From Candidatus Binatia bacterium (GTDB taxonomy: Bacteria; Desulfobacterota; Binatia; HRBIN30): DNA of 47,708 nt. Positions within the stretch are counted from its first letter, which is position 1, and every line of letters begins with the position of its first letter. The notes beneath the pieces were generated by a model. It ran no database searches, was not told where the DNA came from, and was given only the letters and a program-made list of their open reading frames with translations. The stretch spans positions 1-47,708 of the forward strand of contig JBBRSP010000040.1 of the NCBI GenBank assembly GCA_038245295.1. The letters run 5' to 3'. Made by a program: the position numbers and the translations under genes. Shown one piece after another: positions 28,952-39,822 of this stretch.

Positions 28952-30093
28952 GCGCCAAGGTTTTGCCCACGGTCGTTGATCTACGTCATCGCTTGATCAT
29001 GCCGCGTCTGAATCGTCCTGACCTTTTGCTCCTATTCGCAGTTGCAGGACTGGTCGGTCTCGGCGTCGTCATGATCTTCAATGCCAGCTATTTCATGGCT
29101 CAGGAGCGTTACCACGACGCCTGGCTGCTGCTGAAACGGCACCTGGCCTATCTGGCCGTCGGACTCGCGGCGGCGGGCTTTTTGTCACGGTTGCGGACCG
29201 AGTTGCTCCAGAAGATCGCCTATCCCGCCATGATCTCGTCACTGTTTCTCCTCTTGCTGGTTCTGGTTCCCGGCGTTGGCATCGTACGTGGCGGGGCGCG
29301 TCGCTGGATCAACCTTCTCCTGTTTACCTTTCAGCCTGCCGAGTTGGTCAAGCTGGCCGTGGTGCTCTATCTGGCCAAGTCGATTGTACGCAAAGGGACG
29401 CGCATCCAACTCTTCGCCAAGGGCGTGTTACCCCATCTGATCGTTGTCGGCGCCGCAGTCTTGCTGATCGCCGTACAGCCTGATTTCGGCACGGCCACGA
29501 TCCTGTCGTTGTTGCTGTTCGCCATGCTCCACGGTGGTGGCGCGCGCATGTGGCAGGTCGCCGCACTCGGTACATCGGCTCTGCCGGTGGCGGCCTACGC
29601 AATCATCCACGAGCCGTATCGCATGAAGCGTGTTCTGGGCTTTCTGAACCCGTGGGATCATAGCCAGGGCATTGGCTTCCAGTTGGTGCAGTCGTTGCTC
29701 TCGTTCGGCACCGGCGGTGTCACCGGCAGCGGTCTGGGTGAGGGGCAGCAGAAACTGTTCTTTCTCCCTGAAGCACATACAGACTTCATCCTCGCGCTGG
29801 TCGGCGAAGAACTCGGACTGACCGGTATCTTCGTGGTCCTGGCTCTCTTCGCGCTTCTGGGGATCCGCGGCTTCCGCATCGCCGTGCGTCATCCCGATCC
29901 CTTTGCCAGCATGCTGGCGTTCGGGTTGACGCTGATCATCCTTCTCGAAGCCCTGGTCAATGTCTGCGTCGTGATCGGGCTGCTGCCAACCAAGGGTCTT
30001 GCCCTACCGTTCTTGAGTTACGGCGGCACGGCTTTGATCGGCACACTCCTGCAGGTCGGAATTCTAGCCGGCTTGTCGCGCCAAACGGGCTGA
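28948..30093 (+). CDS. ftsW: SEDS peptidoglycan polymerase FtsW
   Basis: GARRWI, FQPAEL.K, QPDFGT, FLPEAHTDFI, EELG, PTKGLALPFLSYGG. Confidence 0.95.
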   Translation: MSAKVLPTVVDLRHRLIMPRLNRPDLLLLFAVAGLVGLGVVMIFNASYFMAQERYHDAWLLLKRHLAYLAVGLAAAGFLSRLRTELLQKIAYPAMISSLFLLLLVLVPGVGIVRGGARRWINLLLFTFQPAELVKLAVVLYLAKSIVRKGTRIQLFAKGVLPHLIVVGAAVLLIAVQPDFGTATILSLLLFAMLHGGGARMWQVAALGTSALPVAAYAIIHEPYRMKRVLGFLNPWDHSQGIGFQLVQSLLSFGTGGVTGSGLGEGQQKLFFLPEAHTDFILALVGEELGLTGIFVVLALFALLGIRGFRIAVRHPDPFASMLAFGLTLIILLEALVNVCVVIGLLPTKGLALPFLSYGGTALIGTLLQVGILAGLSRQTG

Positions 30094-30111
30094 TGGGCTG
30101 ACACGGGCAGG

Positions 30112-31230
30112 ATGAAGGTCGTGATCGCAGGGGGTGGCACCGGTGGGCATTTGTTCCCCGGTCTGGCGGTGGCGGAGGAACTCGCGGCACGCGAAGGCGC
30201 CGAGGTTGTCTTCATCGGCAGCTCGCACGGAATTGAAGCTCGCGTCATTCCGCAAACCCGCTTCGCATTCCACGCCCTGGAGATCGCCGGCCTACGTGGT
30301 CGCGGTGTGGCTGCGGCGTTACGTTTCGCGGTGCAGATTCCACTTGCCTGCATCGCTGCCTGGCGCCACCTTGGACAGTTCCGCCCAAACCTGGTGATGG
30401 GACTCGGTGGCTACAGCTCGGTTCCCGTTGTCCTGGCTGCCTGGGCCCGCCGCGTGCCCATCGTTTTGTTGGAACAAAACGCCCACGCCGGCATGTCGAA
30501 CCGGTTGTTGGCCCGGCTTGCTCGCGCCGTTTGCACGACGTTCGTCGACAGTGACCGATTCTTTCCGCCCGGCAAGGCCACTCGTACCGGCAATCCCGTT
30601 CGCCACCTGACGGTGATGGAGAAACCCGCGTCCAGACACTTTACCGTGTTGGCATTTGGCGGTAGTCAAGGAGCGCGCTCGATCAATCAGGCGCTGATGG
30701 AAGCTGCGCCGAAAGTGCACGCGCACGTGCCCGATTTGCAGCTCATTCATCAGACTGGTGGGCAAACGAGCGGGCAAGCGGGCGGGCAAACGGGCGGGCA
30801 AACGGGCGGGGTAGACGTGGAGCGGGTTCGGGAACGCTATCGAAGCATCGGCATCGCCGCGGAGGTGTTGCCCTTCATCGACGACATGGGAGCTGCCTAT
30901 GCGGCAGCCGACCTTGTGCTTTGTCGATCGGGCGCCACGACGCTGGCGGAACTGACGGCTCTCGGAAAACCCTCGATTCTAGTTCCGTATCCCTACGCTG
31001 CCGACGATCATCAGCGCGCCAACGCCGAGGTTCTCACTCGCGCCGGCGCGGCCCGGATGATCCTCGACGCTGATCTCAATGGTGAAAGCCTTGCGGCGAC
31101 CATCATTGAGTTGGCGACCGATACGGCGGCGCGCGCTCGCATGAGCCAGGAGGCATTGCGCCTTGCGGTTCCTGACGCGGCAAGCCGCGTCGTCGACGTT
31201 TGCCGTCGCGTGCAGGGAGAGGTGGAATGA
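30112..31230 (+). CDS. murG: Lipid II GlcNAc transferase MurG
   Basis: AGGGTGGHLFPG, LEQN, TGNPVR, GGSQGA, FIDDM, RSGATT..EL, DDHQ..NA. Confidence 0.96.
   Translation: MKVVIAGGGTGGHLFPGLAVAEELAAREGAEVVFIGSSHGIEARVIPQTRFAFHALEIAGLRGRGVAAALRFAVQIPLACIAAWRHLGQFRPNLVMGLGGYSSVPVVLAAWARRVPIVLLEQNAHAGMSNRLLARLARAVCTTFVDSDRFFPPGKATRTGNPVRHLTVMEKPASRHFTVLAFGGSQGARSINQALMEAAPKVHAHVPDLQLIHQTGGQTSGQAGGQTGGQTGGVDVERVRERYRSIGIAAEVLPFIDDMGAAYAAADLVLCRSGATTLAELTALGKPSILVPYPYAADDHQRANAEVLTRAGAARMILDADLNGESLAATIIELATDTAARARMSQEALRLAVPDAASRVVDVCRRVQGEVE
30751..30810 (+). repeat. In-frame 12-bp tandem repeat x5 inside murG (QTGG/QTSG/QAGG/QTGG/QTGG)
   Basis: cagactggtggg caaacgagcggg caagcgggcggg caaacgggcggg caaacgggcggg. 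Confidence 0.9.
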
Positions 31231-32633
31231 AGACGTTGTTTCAACGGCCGCGCCGCATTCACTTTGTTGGCATTGGTGGTGTCGGTATGAGCGGCATTGC
31301 CGAAGTCCTGCTGACACTCGGGCACCGGGTCAGTGGCTCCGATGCTCGCGAGAGCGACACGACCCGGCGCCTGGCCGGGCTTGGTGCGCGCATCGTCTGC
31401 GGGCATTCCGAGGAAATCATCACCGACGACGTGGAGGTTGTTGTGATCTCCTCGGCGGTCAAGTTCTCCAACCCGGAGATCCAACGGGCCCGCGCCCTCA
31501 AAATCCCCGTGATCCCACGTGCTGAAATGCTCGCCGAGCTCATGCGTATGAAGTGGGGCATCGCCGTTGCCGGCACACACGGGAAGACGACGACGACGTC
31601 GCTGATCTCTGCCGTCCTCAGCCGCGCTCAGTTGGAACCCACCGTCGTCATCGGCGGCAAAGTGCACCAACTCGGCAGCAATGCGCAGTGGGGCAAGGGC
31701 GAAATCATGGTGGCCGAAGCCGACGAAAGCGACGGCACCTTCGTTCTTCTCTCCCCGACGCTCGCCGTCGTCACCAACATCGATCCGGAACATCTCGACT
31801 ACTACGGCGACATGGAACGGGTCCGCGCCGCCTATCTCGAATTCATGAACCGCGTGCCGTTCTTCGGCGCCGCGGTGTTGTGCCTCGATGACGTTGCGGT
31901 TCGCTCGCTGCTGCCACACGTGCGTAAGCGCGTGATTACCTATGGCAGCACGGCGGACGCCGACTTCGTGGCGCGCGACCTGCGCGTCAGCGGCATGGAG
32001 ACTTCGTTCCTGGTCGAACGTCACGGCGACGTTCTGGGCGAACTCTGCGTCCGTCTACCGGGGCGGCATCAGGCCCTCAACAGCATGGCGGCTCTGGCGG
32101 TCGCAACCGAGCTCGGTGTACCGTTCGACACCGTGCGCGATGCGCTTGCTGAGTTCGGCGGTATCCACCGCCGCTTCGAAGTCTGTGGCGAGGTTGGCGG
32201 CGTCATGGTGGTCAGCGACTACGGTCACCACCCGACTGAAATTCGCGCCACCATCCAGGCGGCACGCGACGGCTTCGCGCGCCGTTTGATCGTTCTCTTC
32301 CAACCGCATCGCTACAGCCGTACACGCGATCTCTTCGGCGATTTCCTCGAGGCCTTAGACGCCGCGGACAAACTCTTCGTCACCGAGATCTACCCGGCCG
32401 GCGAGGATCCGATCGAAGGGGTGACGAGCGAAGTGCTCTATCAGGCCCTCAAGCGGCGTGGTCACCTCGACGTAAACTATATCCCGGACTGGCACCACCT
32501 GGTGCCGGAAGTCGAACCCCTGCTACGCCCCGGGGATCTTGTCCTCGTGCTTGGCGCCGGAAACATCCACGAAGTCGGTGAGTCGCTGGTGCGTAGCCTC
32601 TCCGGTTCGCACTCGGCCTTCACCGTCCAATGA
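31227..32633 (+). CDS. murC: UDP-MurNAc--L-Ala ligase
   Basis: ATG at 31227; HFVGIGGVGMSGIA, AGTHGKTTTT, EADESDG, TNIDPEHLD, DYGHHPTE, FQPHRYSRT. Confidence 0.97.
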   Translation: MKTLFQRPRRIHFVGIGGVGMSGIAEVLLTLGHRVSGSDARESDTTRRLAGLGARIVCGHSEEIITDDVEVVVISSAVKFSNPEIQRARALKIPVIPRAEMLAELMRMKWGIAVAGTHGKTTTTSLISAVLSRAQLEPTVVIGGKVHQLGSNAQWGKGEIMVAEADESDGTFVLLSPTLAVVTNIDPEHLDYYGDMERVRAAYLEFMNRVPFFGAAVLCLDDVAVRSLLPHVRKRVITYGSTADADFVARDLRVSGMETSFLVERHGDVLGELCVRLPGRHQALNSMAALAVATELGVPFDTVRDALAEFGGIHRRFEVCGEVGGVMVVSDYGHHPTEIRATIQAARDGFARRLIVLFQPHRYSRTRDLFGDFLEALDAADKLFVTEIYPAGEDPIEGVTSEVLYQALKRRGHLDVNYIPDWHHLVPEVEPLLRPGDLVLVLGAGNIHEVGESLVRSLSGSHSAFTVQ

Positions 32634-32653
32634 GAGATTGAGGAGATCGAACG

Positions 32654-33577
32654 TTGCCGCTCATCGACCGCCAAGCGCTGCAAACTCACTTCGGTGAGCG
32701 CGTCCGCTTCGATGAGCCGCTCAGTCGACACACCTCCTTCCGCATTGGTGGACCCGCTGACGCGTGGATCGAGGTTCACACCCCCGAGGACATTCGTGTC
32801 ATCCAACTGCTGGCGCGGGAGACGGGCCTGCCGGTGTTTGTCCTCGGTGGCGGCACCAACCTGTTGGTGAGTGATCGCGGTGTGCGCGGTATTGTGCTGC
32901 ACCTGGGACGCCCGCTCGGCGAGATCCAATGGCAGCCGAACGGCGTCGGCTGGCATGTCCAAGCCGGAGCCGCCGTGCCGTTCAAACGCTTGGTGACCGA
33001 AACAATCCATCGTGCCCTGACCGGGCTGGAATTCGCCGAAGGTATTCCCGGCTCCCTCGGTGGCGGCTTGCTGATGAATGCCGGCGCCTTTGGCGGCGAG
33101 ATCTCCAACGTCGTCGAGTGGATCGATGGCGTTGACGCGAGTGGAGAGATTCGCCGCGTGCCGCGTAGCGAGCTCAAGTTCTCGTATCGCCACTTTGACA
33201 TCGAGCCCGGCTTTGTCGTCACCGCGATGCAGTTCCTCTTGCAGACCAGTGAACCCGATGCGGTCGTGGCGCGCCGCGACGACGCCAAGCGCCGTCGGGC
33301 CTCGAAACAACCGCTCGGCTATCCGAACGCCGGCTCGGTCTTCAAGAATCCCGCCGGGCATTTCGCTGGCCGGCTGATTGAGTCGTCGGGCCTCAAGGGA
33401 CGCCAGATCGGCGGCGCGATGATTTCGCCTGAGCATGGAAATTTCATCGTCAACGTCGGCAACGCGCGAGCGGCGGATGTGCGCGCCCTGATGCAGGTCG
33501 CCACTGAAACCGTTTGGCAGCAACACCAGGTACGTCTCGAACCGGAGATCAAGCTGGTAGGAGACTGGAGCGAATGA
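32654..33577 (+). CDS. murB: UDP-N-acetylenolpyruvoylglucosamine reductase
   Basis: HTSFRIGGPAD, GGGTNLL, GIPGSLGG..MNAGA, NAGSVFKNP, HGNFIVN, LEPEIK. Confidence 0.96.
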   Translation: MPLIDRQALQTHFGERVRFDEPLSRHTSFRIGGPADAWIEVHTPEDIRVIQLLARETGLPVFVLGGGTNLLVSDRGVRGIVLHLGRPLGEIQWQPNGVGWHVQAGAAVPFKRLVTETIHRALTGLEFAEGIPGSLGGGLLMNAGAFGGEISNVVEWIDGVDASGEIRRVPRSELKFSYRHFDIEPGFVVTAMQFLLQTSEPDAVVARRDDAKRRRASKQPLGYPNAGSVFKNPAGHFAGRLIESSGLKGRQIGGAMISPEHGNFIVNVGNARAADVRALMQVATETVWQQHQVRLEPEIKLVGDWSE

Positions 33578-34416
33578 AACCCAACCGCCGTCAGCCGGAA
33601 AGTCGTCGATTCTCCCTGCCGTCCATTCCGAAGATCCGCATCCCCGCAAGCGTCCTGAAGCGCATCGCCGCCGCCGCCACCGGGCTCGGTCTCGCGGTTG
33701 CCCTGTGGTTTGCGGCGCCGCCCGCCTGGAATGGCATCCGGCAGCACGAGTATTTTGCCATCGCCAATGTCGAGACCAGCGGCAACCTGCGCCTGAGTCG
33801 CGACGAGTTGCTGGAATGGGCCGGCGTCGCGGCGGGCAGCAGCGTCTGGGATGCGACGCCGCGAGCCGTGGCGGCGCGCCTGCACGGACATCCCTGGATC
33901 GAACAGGCGCACGTCAAGCGCGCGTTGCCGCGGTCTCTCTCCATCCGCATCCGCGAACGTGTGCCGGTCGCAATTCTCGGCGTCGGCGACCTGCGTTACG
34001 TCGATCGCAGCGGCCAAGTGCTCGGCGCCCTCAAGGATCAGGATTCGCGCGACTTTCCGATCATCACGGGCCTGTCGCCGGATGACGACGAGTTCTTCGA
34101 TGTCGGCTTGCACCGTGCCCTACAGCTGCTGCGCTGGTGCGAGCGGCTGCGCTGCTTCGATACGATCTCCGAGATCCACGTCGATCGCGTCCGTGGCGTG
34201 ACCATTTTCCCGCTGCGCAATGCCGTTCCCGTGGTCCTCGGCTGGGGACGTTGGCGCGAGAAGCTGGAGCGTTCTGGACGTGTCTTTGCCGTATGGCAGG
34301 GCCAGATCGACCGGCTTAGTCAGATCGACGTCTCGTTCCGCAACCAGGCGGTGGTCAAGCTGCGTGAGGTGGCGCAACCGGCGAAGCGGCCGGCCAAGAA
34401 GGGGATGCGGATCTAA
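33574..34416 (+). CDS. ftsQ: Cell division protein FtsQ/DivIB
   Basis: ATG at 33574 (ATGA overlap with murB); TM segment, POTRA (HPWIEQAHVKRALP..L.I.I.ER.P), D.PIITG; lies between murB and ftsA. Confidence 0.88.
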   Translation: MKPNRRQPESRRFSLPSIPKIRIPASVLKRIAAAATGLGLAVALWFAAPPAWNGIRQHEYFAIANVETSGNLRLSRDELLEWAGVAAGSSVWDATPRAVAARLHGHPWIEQAHVKRALPRSLSIRIRERVPVAILGVGDLRYVDRSGQVLGALKDQDSRDFPIITGLSPDDDEFFDVGLHRALQLLRWCERLRCFDTISEIHVDRVRGVTIFPLRNAVPVVLGWGRWREKLERSGRVFAVWQGQIDRLSQIDVSFRNQAVVKLREVAQPAKRPAKKGMRI

Positions 34417-34542
34417 GCGGCGAAGATTCCCGAGATTCCCGGCGCCGCATCGTGCTCTGCGCCGCCGGATGTGATACGAGCGACGGTCTAGTGTACCCTC
34501 CGGGCGCCGGAGTGATGTGAGGTGTGAGGTGGCGGCGTAGCC

Positions 34543-35790
34543 ATGGCGAAAAAGTCGGAGCTGCTTGTCGGACTGGATGTCGGCACGTCGAAGGTCATCG
34601 CGGTTGTCGGTGCACTTTCGGATACCGGCATTTCCGTCGTGGGCCTCGGTTCAGCCGCCTCCGACGAAGGTCTGCGCAAGAGCGTCGTGGTCAACATCGA
34701 CGCGACCGTCCACGCCATCGAACAAGCCGTCAAAGAGGCGGAGGTCTCCGCCGGTTGTGAAATCCACAGCGTCTTCGTTGATGTCGCCGGCCATCACATC
34801 CGCGGCTTCAATTCCCACGGCGTCGTGCATGTCCGCGACCAGGAAGTCACCCAGGCGGACGTCGAGCGGGTGCTCGACGCCGCACGCGCGGTTGCGCTGC
34901 CGGCGGATCGTGAGATCCTGCATGTCCTACCGCAAGACTTTGTCCTCGATGGCCAGGACGGCATCAAGCAGCCCGTCGGCATGTCGGGGGTTCGCCTCGA
35001 GTCGCGCGTGCACATTGTCACGACGTCGAGCCCATCGGCAAACAACGTCCTCAAGTGTTGCCAGCGGACCGGGCTGACAGTGCTCGATCTGGTGCTCGAA
35101 CCACTCGCTGCCGCCGAGGCGGTGCTGACTCCCGAAGAGAAGGAGCTCGGCGTGGCGGTGGTCGACCTCGGCGCCGGCACCACCGATCTGTTGATCTTCT
35201 ATCAGGGCGCTTTGCGCCATACAGCCGTCCTGCAAGTCGGCGGCAACAACATCACCAACGACATCGCCGCCGGTCTGCAGACGCCGTTCCGCGAGGCCGA
35301 GTTGCTCAAGCTGCACAACGGATCGGCGCTGGTGCGTCTGGTCGATCGCGATGACGCCATCGAAGTGCCCAGTGTCGGTGGTCGGGCGCCGCGTATCGTC
35401 AGCCGCACGCTGCTGGCGCAGATCATCGAGGCGCGTGCCGAAGAGACGCTGACCATGGTGCAAAGCCAGATCCAGAAGTGTGGCTACGACGAAGGTCTGG
35501 GTTCGGGAATTGTTCTCACCGGCGGCACGGCCTTGCTCAACAACACGCTGCCGCTCGCCGAGCAGGTGTTCCGCAAACCGGTGCGCGTCGGATTGCCGAT
35601 CTGTTCCGACTCCGGAGACGATGCGGGCGGACCGCCGGAGATCCGCAACCCGAGTTACGCGGCGGCGATCGGCCTGCTGAAGTATGGCGCCCGACCGCAG
35701 GACTGGATCGGAGCCAAGTCGGAAGCGCCAAGCCGGATCGGCTGGGTAAGAGATCGTCTTAGGGGATTGATGGAAACCCTCTTTGAATGA
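34543..35790 (+). CDS. ftsA: Cell division protein FtsA
   Basis: [48 protein letters not shown]. Confidence 0.96.
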   Translation: MAKKSELLVGLDVGTSKVIAVVGALSDTGISVVGLGSAASDEGLRKSVVVNIDATVHAIEQAVKEAEVSAGCEIHSVFVDVAGHHIRGFNSHGVVHVRDQEVTQADVERVLDAARAVALPADREILHVLPQDFVLDGQDGIKQPVGMSGVRLESRVHIVTTSSPSANNVLKCCQRTGLTVLDLVLEPLAAAEAVLTPEEKELGVAVVDLGAGTTDLLIFYQGALRHTAVLQVGGNNITNDIAAGLQTPFREAELLKLHNGSALVRLVDRDDAIEVPSVGGRAPRIVSRTLLAQIIEARAEETLTMVQSQIQKCGYDEGLGSGIVLTGGTALLNNTLPLAEQVFRKPVRVGLPICSDSGDDAGGPPEIRNPSYAAAIGLLKYGARPQDWIGAKSEAPSRIGWVRDRLRGLMETLFE

Positions 35791-35878
35791 CATAGGAGAG
35801 CGGTACCAAGGCGCTGTCGGGTCGCCGGGGAGCGAAACGTGCAGCGGTTGTGTGGAGTCAAGCGGGAGGAGGGGTCGT

Positions 35879-37159
<1,281 letters not shown>

Positions 37160-37195
37160 GTTTGTAGGGTCGTGTCCCAACCGACAGAACCCATC

Positions 37196-37290
37196 GAAGA
37201 CCGACAACCCAGAACCGACGACTGACAACTGGTCAATGGGTGTGATCCCATTGTTCATTGTCGGTGGTCCGCTCTGGGTTGTCGGTCTTC
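37196..37290. repeat. Long imperfect inverted repeat between convergent genes (possible bidirectional terminator or REP-like element)
   Basis: GAAGACCGACAACCCAGA (37196-37213) / TCTGGGTTGTCGGTCTTC (37273-37290) perfect 18 bp, with inner CAATGGG-TGTGAT-CCCATTG. Confidence 0.75.
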
Positions 37291-37319
37291 CATTGTCCTC
37301 GTCTGGAGGTAACGGGCCC

Positions 37320-38219
37320 TCACCCCGCCGGACGCCCGCCATTCGCCTTCAGCGGCCGCTCGAACAGCGTCGGATCAAAGTTACTGTCGAAGCGCACATG
37401 CTCGATGATCTGCTCGGCGGCGGTGGTGCCGATCGCCTCGCCCGTCTCGTCGGCAGGGAAGAACGTCCGACGTCGCTCGCGGCGCAGGCCATTGTAGTCG
37501 CGGTAGTCACGCCACTTGCCCACCCATAACTTGTGCTCGAGAAAGACGGCCCGGACGCGGCAAAACACCTGATCGATACGACCACTCTCGCGGTCGACAT
37601 AAATGACCAACCAGTCGAAGGGTGCCGACGGCACGTCGTGGTAATCGGCGCGGACGCGATCCCACAGTCGCCAGCCCATGGTGGTTTCACCTTCGTAGGC
37701 CAGCGGTACGGGCTGCTCGGCGAAGACGAAGGGCACGGAGAACCAGTAGAGCAGGCTGACGCCGTGGAAGGTCGTGAACGCCGTGTCACTGTCGCGCGTC
37801 AGCGCCTCGCCGTCACGCAGCAACCACGAATCGCGGCCATCGAAGCCAAACACCAACTCCTCCGGCAACCCGATCGACTCCATGCGCGCCCGCAGGCCAT
37901 GATGCAGCGGCAGTTTGTGCAGGAAGATTGTCTCTGACACCGCCTGACCTCGCGGGTCGAGGATGGTCGTCGTCGAGATGAAGCTGACGTCGCGATGCGC
38001 CAACCAGCGATCGTAGCCACCGGCAGACTGGATGGCATAGGCCACAACATCCCCTGCCGGCCCCTTTGGCAGACGCCGGCGTACTCCAGAGGAGGGAGCC
38101 TTGGCCGAAGCACCCGACGCTGTCGGTGTGGCGGCAACAACGGCGTCCTGCGCGCCACCGCGTCCCCAACTCGTCAACAAGAGAGCGAGCCCGACGACGA
38201 TACCGATACGACCCATCAC
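37320..38219 (-). CDS. Hypothetical exported protein (beta-rich, loosely LolA-fold/DUF6503-like)
   Basis: 299-aa ORF, signal-peptide-like N-terminus, AIQSAGG.DRW, GFDG..SW, YWFSVPF, W.DY..YNG; family guess is weak. Confidence 0.65.
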   Translation of the reverse strand: MMGRIGIVVGLALLLTSWGRGGAQDAVVAATPTASGASAKAPSSGVRRRLPKGPAGDVVAYAIQSAGGYDRWLAHRDVSFISTTTILDPRGQAVSETIFLHKLPLHHGLRARMESIGLPEELVFGFDGRDSWLLRDGEALTRDSDTAFTTFHGVSLLYWFSVPFVFAEQPVPLAYEGETTMGWRLWDRVRADYHDVPSAPFDWLVIYVDRESGRIDQVFCRVRAVFLEHKLWVGKWRDYRDYNGLRRERRRTFFPADETGEAIGTTAAEQIIEHVRFDSNFDPTLFERPLKANGGRPAG

Positions 38220-38656
38220 GCCGCCGGCTCTATCTCACTCCACTGAAAACCCCAAACTCATACAGTTTGGTCGGCCGAAGCGGTTCGAGAAGTATCCGTC
38301 GAACCCTCTGCCTTTACCCGCCTCTAGGCAGCCTTTAGCCGGGAGCGACACCGTCGCCGGAGTCCGGGCTACTTCTTCGGGGATGCGCGGCGGGCCAAAG
38401 CCGCGGAGTTGGCGACCACCGCGGCCCGGATCAGTTTTTTGAAAGCGACCTTGTTGGGCTTCTCGCCTTCGCGAATGTCGATGGCTCGGCGGGTGTTCCC
38501 CTCGAGACTCGAGTTGAATAATCAAGGGATGCGCGCGATTGTTCGGATTTTGTATTCAGCCTTCGCCTGGCTTACCCAGCCCGCTACAATCTGGATCACG
38601 ATCAAACGCCGCGGCCGCAAACCCGAGAGATTGGAGCCGCTGCCGGAGGTAGGAGA

Positions 38657-39094
38657 ATGACTAACCGCTTACGGATCGCCAAAGCCTATGAGACGGCGCT
38701 GTTCGCCGGCAACATGGACGAAGTTGGACGGCTGTTCACCGACGATATCGTCTACTGGGTTGCCGGCGTGCCGCCGATCGGCGGGGAGTGGCGCGGGCGC
38801 GAGGCTGTCATCGCAGCCTTCTCGAAGCGCGAGTTTGGTCTCGGCGCTGCGGACTGGGTTTACGAGGAAGTGTGGCGCGATTGGTACGAAGCCGACAACC
38901 GGGTCATCGTCGAGATCCGCGAGCGCAGTTGGCTGAGGAACGCCCCTGAGGATGTCCTCGACCAGCGCACCTGCGTCGTCATCGCCTTCCGTGACGACCG
39001 GATCTGCGACATGCGCGACTACAGCGACGCCCACCTCTACGAGGAATTTCGTCAGCGCCATCCGGAGCTGCCAAAATTCGTTATCCGTAAGTAG
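38657..39094 (+). CDS. SnoaL/NTF2-like fold protein
   Basis: GGAGGTAGGAG RBS; AGNMDEVGRLFTDDIVYW.....GGEWRGREAV, RVIVE, FRDDRI..MRDY.D. Confidence 0.82.
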   Translation: MTNRLRIAKAYETALFAGNMDEVGRLFTDDIVYWVAGVPPIGGEWRGREAVIAAFSKREFGLGAADWVYEEVWRDWYEADNRVIVEIRERSWLRNAPEDVLDQRTCVVIAFRDDRICDMRDYSDAHLYEEFRQRHPELPKFVIRK

Positions 39095-39194
39095 GGACGC
39101 GCTCGGATCGTGCTCCCAGCCCACTTCAGTTTCCGCCGCGGATCGTGCTAACGGTCGCTGACAAGTTTGATTCCCGTTCACCAAGGAGGACGAC

Positions 39195-39293
39195 ATGGCC
39201 AAGGGACAACTGAACAAGGGCACGACCAACAAGCCAAAGCTTACCGCCAAGGAGAAGGCGAAGAAGAAGTCTGAGAAGAAGGCCGGCCGGTAA
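39195..39293 (+). CDS. Small Lys-rich protein (32 aa), below the ORF-track cut-off
   Basis: AAGGAGGA RBS, then MAKGQLNKGTTNKPKLTAKEKAKKKSEKKAGR*; codons mostly G/C-ending (AAG). Confidence 0.7.
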   Translation: MAKGQLNKGTTNKPKLTAKEKAKKKSEKKAGR

Positions 39294-39316
39294 CCTGCTG
39301 TTGACCGTTTGCACCG

Positions 39317-39743
39317 CGTCGTCCCGGCGAAGGCCGGGACCCAGAGTGCGAATCTAAGCGCTACATCAGGATTGGGTTCCATCACTGGATCCCGGCCTTC
39401 GAGACTGGCGAGTTTCTCTGGAGCAGAGTTTCTGGAGATGCCGTCACCCCGGCGAAAGAGGCTGTCGTAAAACCAAAGTGGAGCAACGTCATCTCGGTGA
39501 AAACCGGGATCTCCCCCTGCTGGAAGCCTCGAAAGCTGGCGTCATACCGGCTTTCGCCGGTATGACGGATAGGTCTGGTCGGGTTCAAATATGGTTTCCG
39601 AGTAAGTCGACATACTCGAAGGCCGGGGTCCAGTGATGAAAGCCTAGCTGCGCGTTCGGTTACTCTGGGTCCCGGCCTTCGCCGGGACGACGTATGCATT
39701 CTCATCGCCATTCTATCGACAGTCTCCTTCGCCGGGGCGACGA
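39317..39743. repeat. Cluster of GTC-type REP-like palindromes (CCCGGCGAAGGCCGGG hairpins) in nested inverted arrangement
   Basis: CGTCGTCCCGGCGAAGGCCGGGACCCAGAGT (39317-39347) is the exact reverse complement of 39662-39692; 39380-39403 and 39615-39638 are inverted with 1 mismatch; degenerate copies at ~39442, ~39487, ~39540 and ~39725. Confidence 0.85.
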
Positions 39744-39822
39744 ACGGCGTGGCGCATGGCGGACCTGGTAACCTTACGAGCCTCTCCATGGCGCGCTATA
39801 GCTCCAGCGAGGCTCATTCGTT

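Noticed and set aside
38409..38660. 83-aa ORF overlapping the SnoaL-like gene start
   Set aside because: TTG start, no convincing RBS or motifs; cannot be supported
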